Assembly: GCA_040755995.1 (NCBI GenBank)
Contig: JBFMAF010000041.1
Coordinates: forward strand, 78,248-142,247
Direction of reading: 5' to 3'
DNA length: 64,000 bases
From: Acidobacteriota bacterium
Lineage (GTDB): Bacteria > Acidobacteriota > CAIWXX01
This document shows positions 29,092 through 39,146 of this stretch, one piece after another (position 1 is the stretch's first letter; every line of letters starts with the position of its first letter). Below the pieces are notes generated by a model that saw nothing but the letters and a program-made list of their open reading frames with translations, searched no databases and had not been told where the DNA came from. A program made the translations under genes and the position numbers.

Positions 29092-29505
29092 ATGAGCGAA
29101 GAAGAGAGAGTCAAAGTAACTGATCGCCGGTCGTTCACAGCCGATGGAGATGCGCGAGAGGACGCGCCCAGAGCGGAGGCGGAAGAATCGGCAGGAACGG
29201 CCGCGCAGCCGGTCGAAGCCGATCGGAGTCCCCTGAGTTTCTATGACATCATTTTCTCGTTTTACCAGCAAGCTCTGGCGAGTCTGGGCCTCCTGCGGGC
29301 GCATGGTGAGCCGGGAAGCGAGGGATCGCCTCCTCCGGTCAGCCTGGAAGCTGCACAGTACATGGTGGACGTCCTGGGGGTGCTTCAAGAGAAGACGAAG
29401 AACAACCTCACGGCGGATGAGGACAGGTTTCTGGCGAATGTGTTGTTCGAGCTGAGGATGGCGTACGTCCACGTCCTCAAGAGCGCGGCGAGAGCAAATG
29501 AGTAG
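29092..29505 (+). CDS. DUF1844 domain protein
   Basis: KVTDRRSF...QALASLG...VDVLGVLQEKTKNNLT.DE..FL..VLFELRMAYV. Confidence 0.88.
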   Translation: MSEEERVKVTDRRSFTADGDAREDAPRAEAEESAGTAAQPVEADRSPLSFYDIIFSFYQQALASLGLLRAHGEPGSEGSPPPVSLEAAQYMVDVLGVLQEKTKNNLTADEDRFLANVLFELRMAYVHVLKSAARANE

Positions 29506-31465
29506 CGGTTTCGCGCTCTCGTGCAGCCTTGTGTTGCTGGTCGCACTGAGCGCACCGGGCGCGCGCGCCCAGGAGTCGACGGCGGGGGCTTCTTCCGCCG
29601 AGTCCACGGGGCGAGACTACTCACAGGCGACCGTAATCCGGGTGAATCCGGCTGCGCTGCCTCGCCGGCCGCAAGAAGAGGACCTCTCAGACAAGTGGTT
29701 CCGGTTCAAGAACTACATTGCCAATGGCCTCATGGATGAGGCGGCGGCCGAATTCTCAGAGATCGTGGCCCTCCAGAAGCAGTCGGGTATCCCGCGCGCG
29801 GTCGACATCGCCGATGCGATGGTCTACGAAGGTGAGATGTACCTCCAGACTGGCGACCTTGCCAAGGCCAGGATACTTCTCAGTTCGGCGACGGTCATGG
29901 ACAAGTATCAGGGAGAGGCTTACGCCGCGCTGGCCTGGACGGCGCTACGCACGGACAAGATGGCGTTATGGACGTTTCTGAAGAACAATATTGTCGCTCT
30001 GAAGTGCTCTGTCAAGGATTTCTGGGATCGTTTCGCCCTGCTTGCCAACGTCGGCATCGCCTTCGGGCTCTCGTTGATGATCGCCTTCGTGATTTTCGGA
30101 ATCATCATGATGGTCAAGTACGGCTTGCTGTTTCGCCACGACTTGCAGGAGTGGCGGGCGACCTCCAACGGCACCCTCTGGTTTGCTCTGGCTGTGTCGG
30201 CGCCTTTGCTACTGTGGCTGGGCGTGTGGTGGGTGGCCTGCTACTGGGTGACGGTTCTGTGGGTGTACCTGTCGTGGCAAGAGCGGGCAATTTCCGCGGT
30301 CATGCTGATCTTTGCGGTCGTGTTGCCGCTGGCAATCCCTGTCTACCAGGTTTTCTATGCGGCCTACCGCAACCCGGCCATTCAAGCCCTGGTGGCCAGC
30401 CGCGCGAAGAGCCAACCCATGCAGCTGATCGAACGACTCGATCAGTATTCGTCCGAGCATCCGAACGATGTGGACATCGCGTTCGTCCTGGGAAACATGT
30501 ATTACCAGGTAGGCCGTCTCGACGAGGGTCTGGCAGTGTTCAACAAGGTGATCGAGCGCGACCGCGGCTACCAGATGGCTTATGTAAATGCCGGCAACAT
30601 CTTCTACCAGCTGCGCGATTACGAGAACGCGATCAAGAACTACTTGCGGGCGCTGGATGTCGATCCGAAGTCGGCGTTGATTAACTACAACATCAAGGTG
30701 GCCTACTCTGAGCGGTTTGACTTCGGAAAAGCGGAACAGTACTTGCGGAGGGCGAAGGAGATCGACTCGGCCGCGACCGAGAGGTATCTCGCCGGCACTG
30801 AGGCGAAGGTCGTCACGGAGGAATTCACTTCGCGCAAGATCTGGACTCGGATGCTGTCGGGGCGAGTCTCACCGGGTACTGAGCGAGACCCGCCGCTCTG
30901 GCCGCTGCTCTTCAGTCGTCCGGAGGTTCGCAGATCGCTGGCATCGATCTACTACCCTATGCTGGCGCTCATGTTGGTAGGCGGCGTGGTTTATGGAGTG
31001 AGGAGGACCAAGGATTCGATCGCGTTGAGCTGTGTCAAATGCGGGAGGGCGTTCTGCCGCAAGTGCCAGCGCGGAGTGGGGCGCGACCGGTATTGCTCGC
31101 AGTGCGCACACATCTTCCTCGTCAAGGACGGCATCTCAGAAGACGCCCGGATCAGGAAGTTCAATGAGATCCAGAAGTTCGACGCGAAGCTTGCCCGAGT
31201 CTACTGGGCCATGGCTCTGGTGCTTCCGGGCTCCGAGCGGATCCTGGGTGAACGCCCGGTACGCGGCTTCCTCGGCATGACCGCCTGGCTTTTTCTGATC
31301 TGCGTGGCGTTTGTCGAAGCATGGTTCTTCCAGCGAATCGTCCCGTTCGAAGAGTACACGGCCCGTTTCGTCTCCGCACTCCTGGGCGCGGCGATTCTGC
31401 TATTTTACGGCGCTTACAACTGGCGCAATCTGGCGCACCCGATGCGACTGGGCCCCCAAGGATAA
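29498..31465 (+). CDS. Membrane TPR protein with a Cys-rich zinc-finger-like region
   Basis: Signal peptide, TPR-like repeats, TM blocks, CVKC...CRKC...CSQC. Confidence 0.85.
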   Translation: MSSGFALSCSLVLLVALSAPGARAQESTAGASSAESTGRDYSQATVIRVNPAALPRRPQEEDLSDKWFRFKNYIANGLMDEAAAEFSEIVALQKQSGIPRAVDIADAMVYEGEMYLQTGDLAKARILLSSATVMDKYQGEAYAALAWTALRTDKMALWTFLKNNIVALKCSVKDFWDRFALLANVGIAFGLSLMIAFVIFGIIMMVKYGLLFRHDLQEWRATSNGTLWFALAVSAPLLLWLGVWWVACYWVTVLWVYLSWQERAISAVMLIFAVVLPLAIPVYQVFYAAYRNPAIQALVASRAKSQPMQLIERLDQYSSEHPNDVDIAFVLGNMYYQVGRLDEGLAVFNKVIERDRGYQMAYVNAGNIFYQLRDYENAIKNYLRALDVDPKSALINYNIKVAYSERFDFGKAEQYLRRAKEIDSAATERYLAGTEAKVVTEEFTSRKIWTRMLSGRVSPGTERDPPLWPLLFSRPEVRRSLASIYYPMLALMLVGGVVYGVRRTKDSIALSCVKCGRAFCRKCQRGVGRDRYCSQCAHIFLVKDGISEDARIRKFNEIQKFDAKLARVYWAMALVLPGSERILGERPVRGFLGMTAWLFLICVAFVEAWFFQRIVPFEEYTARFVSALLGAAILLFYGAYNWRNLAHPMRLGPQG

Positions 31466-31479
31466 CAGACCGAGGCGCT

Positions 31480-32715
31480 ATGGCTCTTGCAGGCACACTT
31501 CGCGATTTCAGTCTGGCTGACATCTTCCAGCTGATCAGCTTCCAGCGCAAGACCGGAGTCCTCATGCTCAAGAGCGCCACCGCCACCGTCACGGTCTCGG
31601 TCATCAATGGGGCGATCGTATCGGCCGACTCGCTGCCGAAACGCATCGATGATCACCTTGGCCAGGTCCTTGTGAAGAAGGGGCTGATAACCTCCGACCA
31701 GCTCGAGAAAGCTCTGGTGACTCAGCAGGAGACGATGCAGAAAATGGGCTACATCCTGACGCGGTCGAACTTCATCACGACCGAGGCGCTGAAGGAAGCC
31801 TTGCAGACCCAGATTCTGCAGATCATCTACCGCCTCTTCAAGTGGGACGACGGCGAGTACGAATTCACTCAGGCTGACTCGGTCGAATACGACAAGGAAT
31901 TCATCTCGCCCATCCAGATCGAGAACGTGCTGATGGAAGGCATGCGGATGCTGGATGAGTGGCCGATCATCCGCAAGAAGGTGTCATCGCTCGACATGGT
32001 CTTCAAAAGGGAGATCGGTGCCGGTGACTACGTGGTCGAGGGAGGAGACGATCTCGACTTCTCTCACGGCCCTCAGGCGGGCGGGAAGCTCAGGCTGTCT
32101 CCCAACGAGCACCTCGTGTTTCAGCTCGTCGATGGAATCTGCTCCGTGCAGGTTATCATCGACAAGAGCCGGCTCACCGAATTCGACACCTGCCGGGCGC
32201 TCTATGACCTCCAGAGCCGCAATCTCATCTCGGACACGGGTGCGCAGATGGCCGTCTCATCGGACAGAGAGAAGGCTGTGGAATTCGCCGTGGAGGCCAG
32301 GCGGGACTACACACCCGTCCTCACCTGGATCATCGCCGGCGTCTCGGTCCTCTCCTTCTTCGTCGGGCTCACGAGACCGTTCGGTGTCTTCTACGCCCTC
32401 ACACCACCGATGCTCAACTTCCAGGAGGCGCACAGAACAGCGCGCTTCTCGGAGATGATGCGGATAGCCGAGTCGGTGCGCGTATACTACCTGCATATAC
32501 ACAGCCTCCCCACCAACCTCGTCAGCCTTCAGGAGCTCGACCTGGTCACTGCTGACCAGCTCCTCAGCGATGGCCGGCAGAAGTACGATCTCGATATTCG
32601 GGATGGAACAGTCATCCTGCGCGAGCACGGGGTCGAGAATCCACTTTCGGTCGAAGTGACAATCACTGCGCGCACCCCTGCCCAGCCGCCGAATGAGAGT
32701 CCACCGATCCCTTGA
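31480..32715 (+). CDS. DUF4388 (PatA_N-like) domain membrane protein
   Basis: MALAGTLRDFSLADIFQLI..RKTGVL, FKWDDGEYEF, LMEGMRMLDEW, one TM. Confidence 0.88.
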   Translation: MALAGTLRDFSLADIFQLISFQRKTGVLMLKSATATVTVSVINGAIVSADSLPKRIDDHLGQVLVKKGLITSDQLEKALVTQQETMQKMGYILTRSNFITTEALKEALQTQILQIIYRLFKWDDGEYEFTQADSVEYDKEFISPIQIENVLMEGMRMLDEWPIIRKKVSSLDMVFKREIGAGDYVVEGGDDLDFSHGPQAGGKLRLSPNEHLVFQLVDGICSVQVIIDKSRLTEFDTCRALYDLQSRNLISDTGAQMAVSSDREKAVEFAVEARRDYTPVLTWIIAGVSVLSFFVGLTRPFGVFYALTPPMLNFQEAHRTARFSEMMRIAESVRVYYLHIHSLPTNLVSLQELDLVTADQLLSDGRQKYDLDIRDGTVILREHGVENPLSVEVTITARTPAQPPNESPPIP

Positions 32716-33679
32716 GAGCCCGGACCTGCCGCGCGGCAGGGTGATCGCTCTCGGCAACTTCGACGGCTTGCACCGCGGCCACCGGAGAATACTATGCGAG
32801 GCGCGTCGCCTCGCGGATTCGATCGGCCGGGCCTGCCTCGTGTTCACCTTCCATCCTCACCCGGTCAAGGTTCTGCGCGGCGAAGCCGCCGTCAGGCTGC
32901 TGCAATCGACCGGCCAGAAGCTGAGGACGCTGGAACGGTGGGACTTCGACGAGGTCCTGCTCTTCCCGTTCTCTCACGAGTTCTCGCTGCTGACGCCCGA
33001 GGAGTTCATGGAGCGAATCCTGCTGCAGCAGCTGCGGCTCGCGGGGGTCGTGGTGGGCACGCTGTTCAACTTCGGACACGACCGGAAGGGCAATGCCGAG
33101 ACCCTCGCGGAGTTCGGCCGCGCGAATGCGTTCCCGGTCGTCGGGGTTCAGCCGCTGCGGCACAGGGGTCACGTCGTCAGCTCAACGTGGATCAGAAGGT
33201 GCATCGAACGTTCCGATCTGGTTGAGACGGCTGAGCTGTTGGGCCGGCCATACTCTATCGACGGAGTCGTCGCAACCGGGGATCGACGTGGAGCTTCCAT
33301 AGGCTTTCCGACGGCCAACGTCGTAGCGGAGCAGGAGATGATCCCGCCGCCTGGAGTCTACGTCACAGCGTCCGTGTGGCGCGACCAGCTCTGGCATTCG
33401 ATGACCAACATCGGCTACCGGCCGACCTTCGGCCTGAACCCGTCGCTCACAATCGAGAGCCACCTGCTCGACTTCCCCTTCCGCGAGCTGTACGAGGAGA
33501 GGCTGGAGATCTTCTTCCTCTCGAGACTCCGGGACGAGACGACTTTCAACTCGGTCGAATCCCTGAAGCAGCAGCTCGCCGCCGATCGGGCTTCCGTGGA
33601 CGCCTGGGTGCGAGACCATCCAGTGGCCCTGGCACGCTGCCTGCCTCCCCTGGTCTGCTCCGACGAGCAGCCGCATTGA
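32693..33679 (+). CDS. ribF: Bifunctional riboflavin kinase/FAD synthetase
   Basis: GNFDGLHRGH, VSSTWIR, IGFPTAN, NIGYRPTF, IESHLLDF. Confidence 0.96.
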   Translation: MRVHRSLESPDLPRGRVIALGNFDGLHRGHRRILCEARRLADSIGRACLVFTFHPHPVKVLRGEAAVRLLQSTGQKLRTLERWDFDEVLLFPFSHEFSLLTPEEFMERILLQQLRLAGVVVGTLFNFGHDRKGNAETLAEFGRANAFPVVGVQPLRHRGHVVSSTWIRRCIERSDLVETAELLGRPYSIDGVVATGDRRGASIGFPTANVVAEQEMIPPPGVYVTASVWRDQLWHSMTNIGYRPTFGLNPSLTIESHLLDFPFRELYEERLEIFFLSRLRDETTFNSVESLKQQLAADRASVDAWVRDHPVALARCLPPLVCSDEQPH

Positions 33680-33706
33680 CCATACCCACGCACGTTCCCT
33701 GTACTT

Positions 33707-33730
33707 CTGACAACTGACAACCGGCGACTA
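33707..33730. repeat. Heptamer array (CTGACAA)n
   Basis: CTGACAA CTGACAA CCGGCGA CTA, includes the stop codon of the small gene. Confidence 0.65.
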
Positions 33731-34015
33731 CTTCTTGAACAGGTTGTCGAACGCGGCGCGGGCGCCTTGAGCGTCGCCCCTCCCCTCCCCTACGGCGCGG
33801 TCGCCGAGGGTGAAATACTCGCAGAAATTGGCCTTCTCTTTGTCCCTCACCCATTCAGCTGACGGCTCGCTGCAGTTGTTGTGCGCGGATGGCGAATAGA
33901 ACCGGCAGTTGCGGCAACAGTGCACCGCGGCGTGACAGCCGGGGCATGTCATCTCTCGCGGGACCTTGCCTTCGACGGCTAACTCTTTTCGGCAACGATA
34001 ACACGCAGTCATCAC
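33728..34015 (-). CDS. Small Cys-rich, putative Zn-binding protein (95 aa)
   Basis: CYRC, CPGC, CRNC, C...ANFCEYF; C-terminal FDNLFKK. Confidence 0.82.
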   Translation of the reverse strand: MMTACYRCRKELAVEGKVPREMTCPGCHAAVHCCRNCRFYSPSAHNNCSEPSAEWVRDKEKANFCEYFTLGDRAVGEGRGDAQGARAAFDNLFKK

Positions 34016-34049
34016 GGATCATTTAACACCACCGTAGAGGTCGGGGGCA

Positions 34050-34079
34050 AGTTGTCAGTTGTCGGTTGGCAGTTGTCAG
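34050..34079. repeat. Heptamer array (AGTTGTC)n
   Basis: AGTTGTC AGTTGTC GGTTGGC AGTTGTC. Confidence 0.7.
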
Positions 34080-34204
34080 GTGGAGGTGAACCACTGCCCG
34101 TGGCCCACACACGCCCAATGGCAATGGCCCATCGGTCTTTGCATCAATCGCAGTGGGTGTGCTAAGGTTCCAGGCCATCGATGAGGAAAAGAAAGGAGAC
34201 CCAG

Positions 34205-34867
34205 ATGAAGTCGAGAATCATCACGACGTTGAGCATCGTTTGCATGCTCGGTTGCGCTGCCATGGTTGCCGCCCAGATCACCGAACCCAAGACCGGCAAG
34301 ACGTTCGACACGAAAATCAGCCTCCCCGGAGCCTCCGAACCGACTCTCAGATGCGTGGGTGCCGGTTTGAGGACCAAGTTCGTGGTGAAGGTTTACGCCG
34401 GCAGTCTCTACCTCGACGAGCAGTCCGCCCCGCAGGTCCTCGCTTCCTTCAAGGGCGTGAGTGTCGCAACGCTGCAGGGTTCGCCCGAATTCTACAAGGC
34501 CATCATCACTTCCACTTCCCCCAAGGCCATCCTCATGAAATTCGTGCGCGACGTCGGAAAGGACAAGATACGCGAAGCCTATGCCGAGGGCCTGGAGAAG
34601 ACGCTCGGGGAGATCGAGAAGTCGCCCCTCAAGGCCGACGCCGAGAAGTTTCTGGCCATGTTCAACGACGACATCCTCGAGAACGATCAGATCGCCCTAT
34701 TCGGCAAGGGCAGCGCGGTCAACGTCTGGGTGAAAGGCAAAGAGAAAGGAACGGTCGACAACACGAAGCTGGCCGAGGCCATCTGGTCTATCTGGCTCGG
34801 CCCGAAGCCCGTCACCGAGGACCTCAAGAAAGGGATGGTCTCTCAGGTCGACTGGGCCGTCAAGTAG
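34205..34867 (+). CDS. Secreted chalcone isomerase-like protein
   Basis: Signal peptide, GAGLRTKFVVKVYAGSLY, IWSIWLGPKPVTEDLK; AAGGAG RBS. Confidence 0.88.
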   Translation: MKSRIITTLSIVCMLGCAAMVAAQITEPKTGKTFDTKISLPGASEPTLRCVGAGLRTKFVVKVYAGSLYLDEQSAPQVLASFKGVSVATLQGSPEFYKAIITSTSPKAILMKFVRDVGKDKIREAYAEGLEKTLGEIEKSPLKADAEKFLAMFNDDILENDQIALFGKGSAVNVWVKGKEKGTVDNTKLAEAIWSIWLGPKPVTEDLKKGMVSQVDWAVK

Positions 34868-34882
34868 AAGGTCTCATTCGCC

Positions 34883-34924
34883 GTTCTGGTTCCCCGTCGC
34901 GGCGAATCGACCGGGAACCAGAAC
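34883..34924. terminator. Strong hairpin between convergent genes
   Basis: 12-bp inverted repeat GTTCTGGTTCCC/GGGAACCAGAAC. Confidence 0.6.
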
Positions 34925-34985
34925 AGCGCGATCTCAGCGACTCGTCAGGCGCGTCAGCGCCGATTTCGCAAGGCTGTCCCCGCTA

Positions 34986-35921
34986 TCAGCGCTTGCCGAG
35001 CAGGAGGCCCTCCCAGTTTCCGACAGCCACCGGCTGCGCTCTTTCGCGCGCCCTCTCCAAGGCGAACTGCGCCATCGACTCGACCGCCCACGGGAAGTGT
35101 GCCTCCTTGAGCGACCTCAGATCCAGGTCGCAGACGTAGTTGGTCAGATCGATCCCGTAAAGCTCGCCGCCCCTGACCGCGAACTCCACGGCGTTCATGT
35201 CGTATCCCAAGAACTGATTCAGCCTGATGGCCGCCTCTTCCGATCGTTGCCGAAGCTCGGGAGATACTGCGTCGAAGTCCTGGACATATTCGCCCTGTCC
35301 GCCCGGCCTCGGTACGTACCGGATCGCACGCGCGTACTTGCGTCCGATCGTGGGCACGCGAATGTAGTCCTCCCACTCGATGAATTCCTGCAGCAGCATT
35401 GTGAGCTGGCCGCTCTCGTTGTAGCGGGCGACTAGCTCTTCGACCGTGTGGACCTTGCTGACGCTCTTCCAGCCGCCGCCGAAGGCCGGTTTCAGAATTG
35501 CGGGCGCTCCGGTCTTCTCCAACGCCCCGGCGAAATCGATCGGCCACAGATTTCGAAGAGACTCCGGTGAGACGTCTTCGACGTATTCCCTGTTCGGCAG
35601 CACGATCGTCTTCGGCTCCTTGATGCCCAGCCTCTCGGCTGCGCAGTACCCAAAGAACTTGTCGTCGGCGCTCCGCCAGAACGGATTGTTGATCACATAG
35701 GTTCCCTGCAGCATCGCGGCCTTGACGTACACCTGGTAGTACGGCACCTCGTGCGACATCCGATCCAGAATGACGACGTAGGGACACGGCTCGTTGAGCC
35801 ACGTGCCGCCGAGCTGGATGTACTCGGCCGAGATTTGGCCTCCGCCAAGCTCATTGACGCGCGCGATGAACGCATCCGGGAAAAAGTTCTCACGACCCCT
35901 CAGGACTCCGATTCGCATCAT
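34986..35921 (-). CDS. ATP-grasp protein (RimK/glutathione synthetase-like)
   Basis: VINNPFWRSADDKF, LKPAFGGGWK, LQEFIEW, MNAVEFAV. Confidence 0.85.
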   Translation of the reverse strand: MMRIGVLRGRENFFPDAFIARVNELGGGQISAEYIQLGGTWLNEPCPYVVILDRMSHEVPYYQVYVKAAMLQGTYVINNPFWRSADDKFFGYCAAERLGIKEPKTIVLPNREYVEDVSPESLRNLWPIDFAGALEKTGAPAILKPAFGGGWKSVSKVHTVEELVARYNESGQLTMLLQEFIEWEDYIRVPTIGRKYARAIRYVPRPGGQGEYVQDFDAVSPELRQRSEEAAIRLNQFLGYDMNAVEFAVRGGELYGIDLTNYVCDLDLRSLKEAHFPWAVESMAQFALERARERAQPVAVGNWEGLLLGKR

Positions 35922-36132
35922 AGCCCGCTCCTCCCCTCCTCTGCTGAGGTGCATGACTCTACACGTTCTCTGTACGGAGTGCAATGCGCGGCAACGGCAA
36001 TTGTCCGACTGTCCGCCCGCGTAGACAGTTGACCTCCAGGAAGCACAATCCCTCGTCGGTGCACCGCCTGAATCAGCTCGTGCGAGGAGGCACGGAAATT
36101 GCTAGACTCAGGGGTATGGAACGAGCAAGGAG

Positions 36133-36813
36133 ATGCGCATGAAGAAGAGTCTGCTGGTTCTCGTGTCCTCAGTCCTTTTCGCCGGCGCGGCCGGCGCCGG
36201 AAGCGTGTCATTCAAGGTCGGCTACTACATGCCGAACGCCGACAGCGACCTGTGGGCCCAGAACATGGAGATTCTCACGCTGGAGAAGGATGATTTCGAC
36301 CAGTTCACATTCACCGTCGAGTCCGACTTCTTCGTCGGGAACTACGTGAACGTCTGCCTCGGGACTGGTTACTACGAGAAGAGTGTCGACACCGTCGACC
36401 GTGATTTCGTATGGGAGGATAATGGGGCTCCAATCCGCCAGACCCTCTCGCTACGGATCGTGCCGCTGGAAGGATCGATCAAGCTCTACCCGGCCGGACG
36501 TGAGAGACCCTTGATTCCGTACGTGGGCGCCGGCGTGGGGGCGTATTTCTGGGAGTACGTCGAGATCGGCGATTTCGTGATCTACCGCGACACGAATCCG
36601 ACGCTCGTCTCGGGAGCGTTCTCCACCGAGACGGTGAGTCCGGGCTACAATCTACGGGTGGGCTTGCAGGTGCCCGTGGGACGCTCGACGGTGGACGCGG
36701 AGGTGAAGTACGTCAAGGTGGATGGAGACCTGTCGACGGCGTTCGATCCGGAGTTCGAGCCGTTCGACTTGAGCGGCCTGCAGGTGAACTTCGGCTGGAG
36801 CTACTGGTTCTGA
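36133..36813 (+). CDS. Outer membrane beta-barrel protein
   Basis: Signal peptide, IPYVGAGVG, C-terminal YWF. Confidence 0.82.
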   Translation: MRMKKSLLVLVSSVLFAGAAGAGSVSFKVGYYMPNADSDLWAQNMEILTLEKDDFDQFTFTVESDFFVGNYVNVCLGTGYYEKSVDTVDRDFVWEDNGAPIRQTLSLRIVPLEGSIKLYPAGRERPLIPYVGAGVGAYFWEYVEIGDFVIYRDTNPTLVSGAFSTETVSPGYNLRVGLQVPVGRSTVDAEVKYVKVDGDLSTAFDPEFEPFDLSGLQVNFGWSYWF

Positions 36814-36928
36814 AGAAGAACCTCGTTGCGGTCGCGAGCGGCGCGCGTCTTCCGTCTCACGCTTGGAGGCTCCAGTCGTGGCGGCCCTCGTCGCTTTGAG
36901 GGACAACCTTCCTAGCGAGCTCAATTGA

Positions 36929-37003
36929 TGGAGGCGGCGATCGGAATCGAACCGATGTGTAAAGGTTTTGCAGACCTCTGCCTTACCGCTTGGCTACGCC
37001 GCC
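36929..37003 (-). tRNA. tRNA-Cys(GCA)
   Basis: Cloverleaf, anticodon loop CTGCAAA, U discriminator plus CCA. Confidence 0.96.
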
Positions 37004-37030
37004 TCTGCTCGTCCTTTCCCTGGTAAAGAA

Positions 37031-37105
<75 letters not shown>

Positions 37106-37270
37106 TCAGCCATCGCTAATCTAAAACATCCCAGCCTGACTGTCAAGCAATGACGAAGCGAGTGTCGCGTGAGACGTTGCGGGTGCTCGGTTTCCAACTG
37201 ATGGCTGCAGTGGTGCGCTTGCAGCCTACGATTCTAGACCGCTCCTCTGTGTGGTATGATATGACCCGCT

Positions 37271-37345
37271 TGGGGCGTAGCCAAGCGGTAAGGCACGGGT
37301 CTTTGGAACCCGCATCCGATGGTTCGAATCCATCCGCCCCAGCCA
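37271..37345 (+). tRNA. tRNA-Gln(TTG)
   Basis: Cloverleaf, anticodon loop CTTTGGA, CCA; usual position before prs. Confidence 0.97.
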
Positions 37346-37408
37346 ACGGTTGACACGGTGCAATTCTCTCTCTAGGATTATGCACCTTGCGACGGAGGGT
37401 GGTGGACA

Positions 37409-38347
37409 TTGCCTGAGCTGAAGATTTTCGCGGGGAGCGCGAATCCGGACCTGGCCGAGGAGATTTCGAGCTATCTGGGGATTCCTCTGGGCAAGCAGAT
37501 CCTGCGCCGGTTCTCCGACGGAGAGATCCACTATCAGATCGCCGAGAACGTGCGCGGGGCCGACGTCTTTGTGCTGCAGCCGCTCTGTCAGGACGTGAAC
37601 ACGCACATCATGGAGCTGCTGGTGATGGTCGACGCGTTCAAGCGAGCATCGGCGAAGCGAATCGCCGCGGCTCTCGCCTACTACGGCTACGCCCGGCAGG
37701 ACCGCAAAGACAAGCCTCGCGTGCCGATCACGGCCAAGCTGCTGGCCGACCTGATCTCGGCCGCCGGAGTCCACCGGGTCCTTACCATGGATCTGCACGC
37801 TCCGCAGATCCAGGGCTTCTTCAACGTGCCCGTGGATAACCTCTTCGCCGCGCCCGTGATGCTCGACTACGTCGAGAACATGGGCATCGAGAGCATCACG
37901 ATGGTGTCGCCTGACATGGGAGGTGTCGAGCGCGCGCGGGCGTACGCAAAGCGCCTCAACGCCAATCTGGCGATCGCCGACAAGCGCCGGACAGCACCCA
38001 ACGTGGCCGAGGTCATGCACATCATAGGCGAAGTCCAGGACAGGACCACCATAATCGTCGACGATATCGTCGACACGGCAGGCACACTCTGCCAGACCGC
38101 CCAGGCGCTGGTGCGCGAGGGAGCCAAGCAGGTATATGCCTGCTGCACGCATCCCGTGCTGTCCGGCCCGGCACTCGAGAGACTCGAAGAGGCCCCGATC
38201 GAGAAAGTGATCGTCACCAACTCGATCCCACTCTCGCCCGAAAAGAAGAAGTGCCGGAAGATCCTCCAGCTTTCAGTGGCGGCGCTCCTCGGCGAGGCCG
38301 TCAAGCGCATCCACGAGGAGACGTCGGTGACGTCGCTGTTCGTGTGA
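37409..38347 (+). CDS. prs: Ribose-phosphate pyrophosphokinase
   Basis: RFSDGE, YARQDRK, DLHAPQIQGFF, VDDIVDTAGT; promoter TTGACA-17-TAGGAT at 37350-37378. Confidence 0.97.
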   Translation: MPELKIFAGSANPDLAEEISSYLGIPLGKQILRRFSDGEIHYQIAENVRGADVFVLQPLCQDVNTHIMELLVMVDAFKRASAKRIAAALAYYGYARQDRKDKPRVPITAKLLADLISAAGVHRVLTMDLHAPQIQGFFNVPVDNLFAAPVMLDYVENMGIESITMVSPDMGGVERARAYAKRLNANLAIADKRRTAPNVAEVMHIIGEVQDRTTIIVDDIVDTAGTLCQTAQALVREGAKQVYACCTHPVLSGPALERLEEAPIEKVIVTNSIPLSPEKKKCRKILQLSVAALLGEAVKRIHEETSVTSLFV

Positions 38348-38455
38348 GCTGAGCCGTGCGATTTGTTCCGAGCGCCGCAGAACAAGCTCTCCGGTCGGTT
38401 CTGCTGCCGGAGGCGGCCTCGACGCGTTGAATGTTTTTCCCATGGAGATAGTTGA

Positions 38456-39127
38456 ATGAAAGAGATCACGTTGACTGCAAAACCCCGCGATGAGCGAGGG
38501 AAAAATGCCGCGAGAAGAATGAGACACGCCGGCATGATACCGGCGGTGCTTTACGGCAGTCGCGAGGGCGCCTCGTCCATGTCCGTGAACCCGTCCGATG
38601 TGCTGGCGATTCTCAAGTCCGATCAGGGAGAGAACACGGTGTTCCAACTCAAGCTGGGCGAGCAAGCGCCTGTGCAGGCCATGATCCGCGACTACCAGCT
38701 CGATCCCGTGACTCACGCCCTGCTCCACGCGGACGTCCTGCGCATCGCCGCCGACCGCGCGCTGAAGCTCGACGTCCAGCTCGAGCTTACGGGCACCCCA
38801 GCCGGGATCAAGGATGGCGGCGTGCTCGAGCACGTGCTTCGCGAGATCGAGGTGGAGTGTCTCCCGGCGGACATCCCTGAGAAAATCTCCGTCGACGTCT
38901 CTGGCATGGGAATCGCGACCGTCCTGAGACTCCGCGACGTCGACCTGCCGCCGCGCGTCAAGGTGCTCACCGATCTCGACCTCGTCATCGCCGCGGTAGC
39001 GGCGCCGAAGAAGGTCGAAGAAGAGGCTGCCCCAGTCGAGGCCGCGGCGGCCGAGCCGGCCGAGCCCGAAGTCGTCAGGAAGGGCAAAGCTGCAGCCGGA
39101 GAGGAAGAGGAAACCGAGAAGAAGTAG
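38456..39127 (+). CDS. rplY: 50S ribosomal protein L25/Ctc
   Basis: GKNAARRMR..GMIPAVLYG, QLDPV..LLHAD, ECLPADIPE. Confidence 0.95.
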   Translation: MKEITLTAKPRDERGKNAARRMRHAGMIPAVLYGSREGASSMSVNPSDVLAILKSDQGENTVFQLKLGEQAPVQAMIRDYQLDPVTHALLHADVLRIAADRALKLDVQLELTGTPAGIKDGGVLEHVLREIEVECLPADIPEKISVDVSGMGIATVLRLRDVDLPPRVKVLTDLDLVIAAVAAPKKVEEEAAPVEAAAAEPAEPEVVRKGKAAAGEEEETEKK

Positions 39128-39146
39128 TCGGACGGCGCAGCGGCGC

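Noticed and set aside
37161..37177. parS-like GTGTCGCGTGAGAC
   Set aside because: At least three mismatches to the consensus and a single copy
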